Positions 19,707 to 25,402 of a stretch of 27,830 nucleotides of DNA are shown here, piece by piece. The position numbers were made by a program, and so were the translations under genes. Positions within the stretch are counted from its first letter, which is position 1. Every line of letters begins with the position of its first letter. The notes beneath the pieces were generated by a model. It was not told where the DNA came from and made no database searches. It saw only the letters and a program-made list of their open reading frames with translations. The DNA is taken from IMG/VR virus record IMGVR_UViG_3300012953_000168, positions 1 through 27,830 of that record. One strand, written 5' to 3'. The DNA is from a virus. Taxonomy: Duplodnaviria > Caudoviricetes.

Positions 19707-19946
19707 TTACTTACCTGATTTATTCTTAGCTTTCATTATTACAATAGTATCGCCTTCTTGTAACCTTCCAGCGGCTGTCACTCTTCTTTCTTCGCCGTCT
19801 TCACCTGTTACTTCTACTACTGCATCAGACATTTCTACATTGTAATCTCTTAATAGATCACCTAATGTGTTAAATGTCCCTGATTCAAATGTACCACCTC
19901 TTGTGTAAGACGATACTTCTACGTTTACTCCTGTATTAGCTGGCAT
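19707..19946 (-). CDS. Ubiquitin-like beta-grasp protein (ThiS/MoaD-like)
   Basis: 79 aa; TLGDLL helix and LQEGDTIVI final strand typical of ThiS/MoaD/Ubl; ends KSG-K; SD AAGGAGG. Confidence 0.8.
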   Translation of the reverse strand: MPANTGVNVEVSSYTRGGTFESGTFNTLGDLLRDYNVEMSDAVVEVTGEDGEERRVTAAGRLQEGDTIVIMKAKNKSGK

Positions 19947-19968
19947 AATGCCTCCTTTACTTATTTAG

Positions 19969-20676
19969 TTAACTGTTTATTGGTTCAGGGTATCTTATAT
20001 CTACAAGATTTTCTACCACTTCACCACCTTGTGCTACTGGCATGCCCATAAAGGCTTCCGATTCTTCACTTACTCTCATTTTAAATAAGAGATTTGGCCA
20101 TTTGGTAGTCGCTGATTGCAACCATCCCATTGGAGGTGACCAAGCTGTTTCAAATGAATACCTACACATGTCTTCGTCATCATCTTCATGTGTTGTGTAT
20201 CCAGCGTCCCACTTAGTTCCCCAGGTACGAATTGACCAGTCGTACCAATCTTTAGAACCATATTTTTCAAGGTTCTCTAATGCTAATCTTCCTTCTTCAA
20301 CATCATTTACTTCAAGTTTACCTTCAAAATGAGCTAATAATTTTGCTCTTTTTTGTTTAAGGCTATCCTTGCTATCAATAATGTCTTCTTTTACCCATTT
20401 ATAGTCAAAGTATTCATCTAATTGCTTATAATCTTTATCTTTAGCTTTTAAATAGGTTATTGCTTCATCTATTGTACTACCAGATGTGATTCTTAAAGTT
20501 GATGGCATTGGTTCAGCACCTTCAAATGTAAATTTAGTTCTGTTTCTAATAGTTCCATCATCTTCTATTACTTTTTCCTCTATTATGGATGACTTTTTAA
20601 AATCAATCATTTCTTTTCGAGCTGATTCACTGTTATCAGTCCATACTTCTAAGTCGTTATAACACCAATTAGGCAT
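19969..20676 (-). CDS. YubB/DUF1281-like ferredoxin-fold phage protein
   Basis: MPNWCYN.L, WYDW....WGTKWD, FETAWSPP hallmark motifs. Confidence 0.8.
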   Translation of the reverse strand: MPNWCYNDLEVWTDNSESARKEMIDFKKSSIIEEKVIEDDGTIRNRTKFTFEGAEPMPSTLRITSGSTIDEAITYLKAKDKDYKQLDEYFDYKWVKEDIIDSKDSLKQKRAKLLAHFEGKLEVNDVEEGRLALENLEKYGSKDWYDWSIRTWGTKWDAGYTTHEDDDEDMCRYSFETAWSPPMGWLQSATTKWPNLLFKMRVSEESEAFMGMPVAQGGEVVENLVDIRYPEPINS

Positions 20677-20872
20677 GATCACTCCTTTCGTTATAGACTA
20701 TAATACCCTCTTTTATTATTTTAAGGGCATCTTCGTCTAGTTTTAAGTTTTTCACAAAAGTTCCATCACCTTTATGAGCACTTAACATTTTAATTTCTAT
20801 AGTAAGTCCATAATTGTCAGGTATTAACTTGACATTTTTCATTCTATAGAATATGCTGTCTCCTTGAGCCAT
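20669..20872 (-). CDS. Hypothetical protein
   Basis: 67 aa; SD AAGGAG; overlaps both neighbours. Confidence 0.7.
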   Translation of the reverse strand: MAQGDSIFYRMKNVKLIPDNYGLTIEIKMLSAHKGDGTFVKNLKLDEDALKIIKEGIIVYNERSDHA

Positions 20873-21018
20873 TATCTTTTCTCCTTATTTTTAAAGTTTC
20901 TGATTAACTCTACATTATACTGAATTTTACATTTAAAGCACTCCCATACTTCATAAGGCCAACATTCGCCTTCTCTTATCCATTCAAGATTTTTAACATC
21001 ATTACAACATTTACTCAC
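20872..21018 (-). CDS. 48-aa Cys-containing (zinc-ribbon-like) microprotein MSKCC...WECFKCK...
   Basis: GTG start after SD AAGGAGG; TAATG coupling to the next gene. Confidence 0.7.
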   Translation of the reverse strand: MSKCCNDVKNLEWIREGECWPYEVWECFKCKIQYNVELIRNFKNKEKR

Positions 21019-21046
21019 ATTGCCTCCTTTGTTTAAAATTAATTGT

Positions 21047-21130
21047 TGGCATACTTTAGTTTGACATAGATGGTTAATCCATCAGACGCCTCTGCAGAGC
21101 TTATATCCGCCTCATCTGTTAGGTATGCCA
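21047..21130 (-). ncRNA. Intergenic structured RNA element (multi-way junction)
   Basis: TGGCATAC/GTATGCCA closing stem; inner CAGATG/CGTCTG, GCGGA/TCTGC (G-U on - strand) and ATGG/CCAT arms. Confidence 0.55.
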
Positions 21131-21143
21131 GCCAGATTTACTA

Positions 21144-21242
21144 TTAAAATAGGTATTTAACTATGTAATACCAAATAACTGCTCCTATAAAGAACATAGA
21201 AACATATATTACCCAATTAGGTAAATTTGATAAAAAATCCAT
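21144..21242 (-). CDS. 32-aa single-TM micropeptide MDFLSNLPNWVIYVSMFFIGAVIWYYIVKYLF
   Basis: SD GAGGAG; continuous hydrophobic stretch. Confidence 0.65.
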   Translation of the reverse strand: MDFLSNLPNWVIYVSMFFIGAVIWYYIVKYLF

Positions 21243-21288
21243 CGTTTTCTCCTCTATTATTATATTTATAGTATATAGTGAAATATTT

Positions 21289-21386
21289 GGGGCTACAACT
21301 AATCGCCAAAGCTGTAACCCCGCGGTATACTGGGGGTATCCCGATTGGTCGGCAAACCTTGAGTGGTTTACCTTATAAGGGCGATT
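21289..21386 (-). ncRNA. GC-rich structured RNA with pseudoknot or alternative folds
   Basis: AATCGCC/GGCGATT pairs into the loop of the 11-bp hairpin GGGGTTACAGC/GTTGTAGCCCC; inner GGTAAACC/GGTTTGCC; three G-U pairs favour the - strand. Confidence 0.6.
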
Positions 21387-21391
21387 TTTTG

Positions 21392-21556
21392 TTAATACTT
21401 TATTACTTTATGATTAAATTTCTTTTTTACTACTATTACACTGTTGTAGATATGATCTTTTGGTTTATTACTTTCTTCATAGTGTGTACTTTCGTTTGTA
21501 TCTAGATAGTTTACTATTTTCTTTAGATGTGTTGTTTCGTTTTTATTTAGATACAT
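21392..21556 (-). CDS. 54-aa hypothetical protein (MYLNKNE...KPKDHIY...)
   Basis: SD GGAGGT; fills the gap between two structured elements. Confidence 0.7.
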   Translation of the reverse strand: MYLNKNETTHLKKIVNYLDTNESTHYEESNKPKDHIYNSVIVVKKKFNHKVIKY

Positions 21557-21576
21557 AACACCTCCATCTTAATTAA

Positions 21577-21709
21577 GTATGCAATTACAATGCGCTAATA
21601 GGATTTCTCAGGGGTTAGGGGTATTCTACTAATATTCCTGTAATAGGACCATAGTTTTGATACTGAGCCTCTACCTGGTGCACTTCACGCATTGTAAAAT
21701 ATTGCATAC
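21577..21709 (-). ncRNA. Long intergenic stem-loop including the 3' end of the upstream ORF
   Basis: GTATGCAA/TTGCATAC plus TTACAATGCG/CGCATTGTAA stems; inner CTCAG/CTGAG and TCCT/AGGA. Confidence 0.5.
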
Positions 21710-21828
21710 AGTTGTCTTTTCTTCATCCGTTGGAATTTCGCTTTGTTCTCAGACGGATATTTGTTTGCTGCCCAGTTGACGAGTTCGTACTTATACCTAA
21801 ATGGACAGTATTTGCCTGTTCTCCACAT
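21685..21828 (-). CDS. 47-aa basic microprotein MWRTGKYCPFRYKYELVNWAA...KKRQLYAIFYNA
   Basis: SD GGAGG; protein-like sequence; overlaps the 3' part of ORF 21723..22010. Confidence 0.65.
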   Translation of the reverse strand: MWRTGKYCPFRYKYELVNWAANKYPSENKAKFQRMKKRQLYAIFYNA

Positions 21829-22010
21829 AATTTGCCCTCCATGTAAAGATTATAAGAATCTTCCTCGATTCCTGGTTCTAGTTGATAGGCTGTTTTACTT
21901 AGCCTTATTTGCTCTTCCTCATACATTATTTGCTGATATTCAAACAGTGCTGCATCATAGTCATCATAATACTCTTGTTGGTCCATCAGCATTTCTTTTA
22001 CTCTTCCCAT
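21723..22010 (-). CDS. Acidic hypothetical protein (MGRVKEMLMD...)
   Basis: SD AGGAGG; acidic N-half; the C-terminal third overlaps the next gene and looks like run-through. Confidence 0.7.
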   Translation of the reverse strand: MGRVKEMLMDQQEYYDDYDAALFEYQQIMYEEEQIRLSKTAYQLEPGIEEDSYNLYMEGKLCGEQANTVHLGISTNSSTGQQTNIRLRTKRNSNG

Positions 22011-22018
22011 ACTTCCTC

Positions 22019-22426
22019 CTAGTCGCTTATAAGTTTACCATCTAAATGATCCATTTCATGGCATATTACTGTTGCATAGTACTTTTCAAACATATGGTTT
22101 TTCTTCCCATCATTTACCACTAAATACTTTGGTCTTTTTAAATGATATGGTTTCTTTCCATTCTTTATAGACATACAACCTTCAGTGCTGTCTTGCATAA
22201 TTTCACTGCTGTATGATACTATTGTTGGGTTTTCAAATATCATTATTTTATTCTCATACCACATACCAAAGACTCTATTGTTCATAAATAGTTGATTTGC
22301 AGCTATTCCTACTGCTTTACCTTTATTTATGATTAAATATTGTCTTATTTTGGCAATACATTTACTATTATCTTTATACTCTACACATTTAGTGTGCAGC
22401 TTAGTTTTGTCTGTTTGGACTCTCAT
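22019..22426 (-). CDS. def: Peptide deformylase, short phage type
   Basis: All three PDF motifs: VGIAANQ, EGCMS, HEMDHLDG; ends 5 aa after the last motif. Confidence 0.93.
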   Translation of the reverse strand: MRVQTDKTKLHTKCVEYKDNSKCIAKIRQYLIINKGKAVGIAANQLFMNNRVFGMWYENKIMIFENPTIVSYSSEIMQDSTEGCMSIKNGKKPYHLKRPKYLVVNDGKKNHMFEKYYATVICHEMDHLDGKLISD

Positions 22427-22460
22427 TACACCCCCTTGTGTAGTTTATTTAATAAAATAT

Positions 22461-22488
22461 TGAGCAGTTTTGTAACTTGCTCAGGTTA
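22461..22488 (-). promoter_or_regulatory. Compact hairpin / H-type pseudoknot upstream of def
   Basis: TAAC-C-TGAGCA-A-GTTA-CAAAAC-TGCTCA followed by ATATTTTATT. Confidence 0.45.
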
Positions 22489-22503
22489 TGATCTATTTAT
22501 GCT

Positions 22504-22740
22504 CTATGGTTTCATAAATACTCTCCTTGCCCATTTATATCGTTTTCTTAGTAGTCTAACTAATGTACCTACGATATAAGAGGCTATTACAAACATTATC
22601 ATCACTACTACAATAGTAACTGATAACCTTGCTAAAAATGTTAACCAATGTTCAGGTAAGAATGTATACCAGAATGCAATGGCTGAACCATAGATCAATA
22701 TGAACTGCAAAGGTCTGAATAAGTGTTTATATCTAAACAT
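22504..22740 (-). CDS. Small two-TM membrane protein
   Basis: Two hydrophobic segments and a basic C-tail; SD GGAGGT. Confidence 0.75.
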   Translation of the reverse strand: MFRYKHLFRPLQFILIYGSAIAFWYTFLPEHWLTFLARLSVTIVVVMIMFVIASYIVGTLVRLLRKRYKWARRVFMKP

Positions 22741-22901
22741 TATTTACCTCCTTCTTTTATCATCTTTTGAGCTTTGCTTAGCCCTAAAGATATTGTGTTA
22801 ACTTCGTTAGTTCTCAGCACACTTATAATTCCCCCATTTAAAGGGTTATAATAGTGAAAATACGAAGGTTTATTACTTATGCTAACATTACTATCACTCA
22901 T
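22740..22901 (-). CDS. 53-aa hypothetical protein (MSDSNVSISNKPSYF...)
   Basis: SD AAGGAG; TAATG coupling to the next gene. Confidence 0.65.
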   Translation of the reverse strand: MSDSNVSISNKPSYFHYYNPLNGGIISVLRTNEVNTISLGLSKAQKMIKEGGK

Positions 22902-22975
22902 AACTATTATCTCCTTATTATGCTTATTTTATGTATACTATAATACTCATACCTCGCTCTATTGTGGACGAACTT

Positions 22976-23004
22976 AAAAAGGGATATACAATAGTATACC
23001 CCTT
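22976..23004 (-). terminator. Intrinsic terminator after the first early gene
   Basis: AAGGGGTATAC-TATT-GTATATCCC-TTTTT on the - strand. Confidence 0.7.
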
Positions 23005-23026
23005 AATAATCGGCTTTGAGAAGCCT

Positions 23027-23464
23027 TTAGAAGGATAGTGAGGATTTGATAGGTGTGAAAGTTGGAGTGAATATAGCAGAAATCCTTTGAGTTAACTCGC
23101 CTGTTTCTTTGTTGACATACTCAAAGATGTTTGATTTCTTAAGGCTATATGTAGAATTTGGTTTATGTTTCAAATCCTTACTATAGTTGTTACTGAACTC
23201 TTGAACCATAGATGTTACATTGGCTTTACTCAAGAGTTTAGGAACTACTGCACCTTCTTTAGGTATAAATATCACTTGAATATTATTAGAATACACTTTT
23301 TGATTATTTGCATCTAATAAGTCTGGATATTTAGTTATAATGGTATTGGTAGTAGGAGAGATCTTAGGTTTACCATTATCATCTAAAACCACGACTTTAG
23401 CCTTAGATGTATCAGGTGTTAGAGTATTCTTGTAAGATTCAACTGATAATTTAACTTTGCTCAT
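23027..23464 (-). CDS. Hypothetical protein, first gene of the early block
   Basis: 145-aa ORF with SD AAGGA and its own terminator. Confidence 0.8.
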   Translation of the reverse strand: MSKVKLSVESYKNTLTPDTSKAKVVVLDDNGKPKISPTTNTIITKYPDLLDANNQKVYSNNIQVIFIPKEGAVVPKLLSKANVTSMVQEFSNNYSKDLKHKPNSTYSLKKSNIFEYVNKETGELTQRISAIFTPTFTPIKSSLSF

Positions 23465-23508
23465 AATTAATATTCCTTATGTTATTATTATTTATTAAGA
23501 TTAATTGT

Positions 23509-23625
23509 GGGCAACCTGCCCAAGCAGGATAGGGGAAGAGCCACACTTGGCTCAAGTTGAACTGAACCGTCCTGGATTCAACCTGGCAAGGCACCCCATG
23601 CCGTAGAATCCGACGGGGTCGGGTC
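23509..23625. promoter_or_regulatory. GC-rich hairpin cluster in the divergent control region
   Basis: About 60% GC (70/117 by hand count) in AT-rich flanks; stems GGGCA/TGCCC, GAGCCA/TGGCTC, GTTGAA/TTCAAC, ACCCC/GGGGT, CCGAC/GTCGG. Confidence 0.55.
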
Positions 23626-23794
23626 AATGTATATCACGTACTCCTATTCTTGGGACATTTTTTACAAATGCCTTTTTCAACCTAAAACAGGCCTTTCTAG
23701 GCTAGATCTAGGTAAAAGGTAGGTTAAGGTACCCTGAAATATTTTTTAGTTTATTTTAGGCAAATATAATATTTTAAAGTATTTATTGGATAAT

Positions 23795-23882
23795 ACTATA
23801 TAAGTATACTATATTACATATACTATAGATTACGGCGTTCCTGTACTTTAATGTTCTATAGACAGACTATAGACAAACTATA
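23795..23882 (+). repeat. Six (A)CTATA repeats, the last four in 11-bp phase
   Basis: CTATA at 23796, 23809, 23823, 23856, 23867, 23878; CTATAGACA duplicated. Confidence 0.45.
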
Positions 23883-23916
23883 TTGAACTTTATTTAAATA
23901 TACTACAGGAGTAGTA

Positions 23917-24051
23917 ATGTCTAGTAAATACACTACAATAAAGACTGATGAACCTAACGTTAAATGGTCTACTACTATCCCTATAGATAACATAAGAAGA
24001 TACCCAAGGAGTAACCGTGCTTCCAACAAACACAGAGAAGGCACTAAGTAA
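23917..24051 (+). CDS. 44-aa hypothetical protein (MSSKYTTIKTDEP...)
   Basis: SD AGGAG; first ORF of the + strand block. Confidence 0.5.
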   Translation: MSSKYTTIKTDEPNVKWSTTIPIDNIRRYPRSNRASNKHREGTK

Positions 24052-24124
24052 ACTAGACATCCTTATTATACTATGGATAATAGATAAGCTTATAATGATA
24101 GGGATAATACTAATATTTGATTAG
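24017..24124 (+). CDS. 35-aa hydrophobic micropeptide, candidate holin-like protein
   Basis: GTG start after AAGGAG; ...LDILIILWIIDKLIMIGIILIFD; TAG overlaps the endolysin SD. Confidence 0.6.
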   Translation: MLPTNTEKALSKLDILIILWIIDKLIMIGIILIFD

Positions 24125-24132
24125 GAGGAACT

Positions 24133-24528
24133 ATGCCTTATTTTGGTAAAAGAAGTAAAAAGAATCTAGAAACATGTCATGAAGACTTGCAAAAAGTCTT
24201 TAATGAAGTAATTAAAACTGTAGATTGCTCAGTTATTGAGGGTAATCGAAGTAAAGAAAGACAAAATAAACTCTATGACGAAGGAAAGACTAAAGTACGT
24301 TACCCAAATGGTAGGCATAACGCTGTCCCTAGTAACGCTGCTGATGTCGTTCCTTACCCTATTGACTGGGAAGATCGAGAGCGTTTCCACCTTTTTGCTG
24401 GGTATGTCATTGGGGTGGCTAGTGGGATGGGTATTACTCTTCGTTGGGGAGGAGACTGGAATATGAACTTTGAAGTAGACGATAATAAATTTGATGATTT
24501 TCCTCATTTTGAACTAATAAAGGAGTAA
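24133..24528 (+). CDS. Endolysin, M15 family (L-Ala-D-Glu peptidase-like)
   Basis: EG.RS.ERQ..L, H.....AAD, RWGGDW, D.PHFEL. Confidence 0.9.
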   Translation: MPYFGKRSKKNLETCHEDLQKVFNEVIKTVDCSVIEGNRSKERQNKLYDEGKTKVRYPNGRHNAVPSNAADVVPYPIDWEDRERFHLFAGYVIGVASGMGITLRWGGDWNMNFEVDDNKFDDFPHFELIKE

Positions 24529-24530
24529 TT

Positions 24531-24632
24531 ATGCCTTACGGAAAAGGAACATACGGTAGTAAAGTAGGAAGACCTAAGAAAAAAGTTGTTAAAAAGAAGA
24601 AAAAGAAGACTTCTAAGAAAAAAAAGAAGTAA
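24531..24632 (+). CDS. 33-aa Lys-rich peptide MPYGKGTYGSKVGRPKKKVVKKKKKKTSKKKKK
   Basis: SD AAGGAG; TAATG coupling to the next gene; 16 Lys + 1 Arg. Confidence 0.75.
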   Translation: MPYGKGTYGSKVGRPKKKVVKKKKKKTSKKKKK

Positions 24633-25402
24633 TGTACGAAATAACTATTAAACACAAAGACAAGGGTCGTGTATCCTATAAAGTGTTTACAAAAGATGAA
24701 GCCGATAATGATAACTTAGCCTATACTTATTGGAAAGAGGCAGAAAAAGGAGAATATGCGCTCACTGATGATAACTATGTTGGAAAGGTCATCCAGAAGA
24801 AGAAATATGACTCGGCTAACGGTGTTATTTCTTATTATGTTAGGATGCCTTTTGGTTATGCCTTTCATAGTCCTAAGTATCCTAATCAAAAACTTAATGC
24901 AGATGGTAGGTTATCTAATCATACGTTGTCTGGAAAGCCTCAACTTGAAGTAAGAAAAGGAACTAAAGAGTGGAAAGACTTGGCTATGGTATATTCTGTA
25001 TGTTTTGACATGGATCTAGCTATAGACCAGGTATTTGAAAATCCAACACCATCTAAAAGAAGAACTGTTAAAAGATGGATGAGAACACAGGAGTTTAAAA
25101 GTATGGTAAAAGATGAATTAAAAGAAGTTTTAAGTGAAAAAGGATATAATAGGTCAAAAACAATTGACTTATTAACTGAAGGCCTAGAAATGGCTAAAGT
25201 AAAGAATGATGTTACTAATTATTTAAGAGTTGTAGAGAATATACAAGACATGTTGGGTATGAAAGATAAAACTGTTACCTCTACTACCACTCAATTAGAA
25301 GCAACCTCTACTAGAAAGCTTTTAGATGAAATAGCTGAAGAAGAACAACATTTAAAAGGTACTCAAACTCAAATAGAAGAAAAGACTTCTACAGATAAGT
25401 AA
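24632..25402 (+). CDS. Putative terminase small subunit
   Basis: Directly upstream of and TAATG-coupled to TerL; helical HTH-like middle (RRTVKRWMRTQEFK) and oligomerisation-like C-half; positional inference. Confidence 0.55.
   Translation: MYEITIKHKDKGRVSYKVFTKDEADNDNLAYTYWKEAEKGEYALTDDNYVGKVIQKKKYDSANGVISYYVRMPFGYAFHSPKYPNQKLNADGRLSNHTLSGKPQLEVRKGTKEWKDLAMVYSVCFDMDLAIDQVFENPTPSKRRTVKRWMRTQEFKSMVKDELKEVLSEKGYNRSKTIDLLTEGLEMAKVKNDVTNYLRVVENIQDMLGMKDKTVTSTTTQLEATSTRKLLDEIAEEEQHLKGTQTQIEEKTSTDK

Noticed and set aside
16783-19946. ThiF + ThiS as thiamine/molybdopterin sulfur-transfer auxiliary genes
   Set aside because: No ThiG, MoaE, desulfurase or rhodanese in the window; an E2-like gene is interposed; Ubl lacks Gly-Gly. 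Not formally excluded
21310-21375. c-di-GMP-I riboswitch resemblance (GGYAAACC, GCGGGGTTAC)
   Set aside because: Lacks the GNRA loop and the GACGCAAAG core
21278-21505. + strand 75-aa ORF (also 23856..24044 on -, 11631..11891 on +)
   Set aside because: Opposite to local gene orientation and overlapping better-supported SD-led ORFs or RNA structures
23530-23600. tRNA or tRNA-Sec in the GC-rich cluster (TTGAATCC, ...CCCCA)
   Set aside because: No canonical T-loop (TTCRA in a 5-bp stem) and no consistent acceptor stem or cloverleaf
23860-24080. Sigma70-like promoter boxes (TAGACA/TTGAAC with TATACT/GATAAT)
   Set aside because: Spacing or matches are poor and expected by chance in AT-rich DNA
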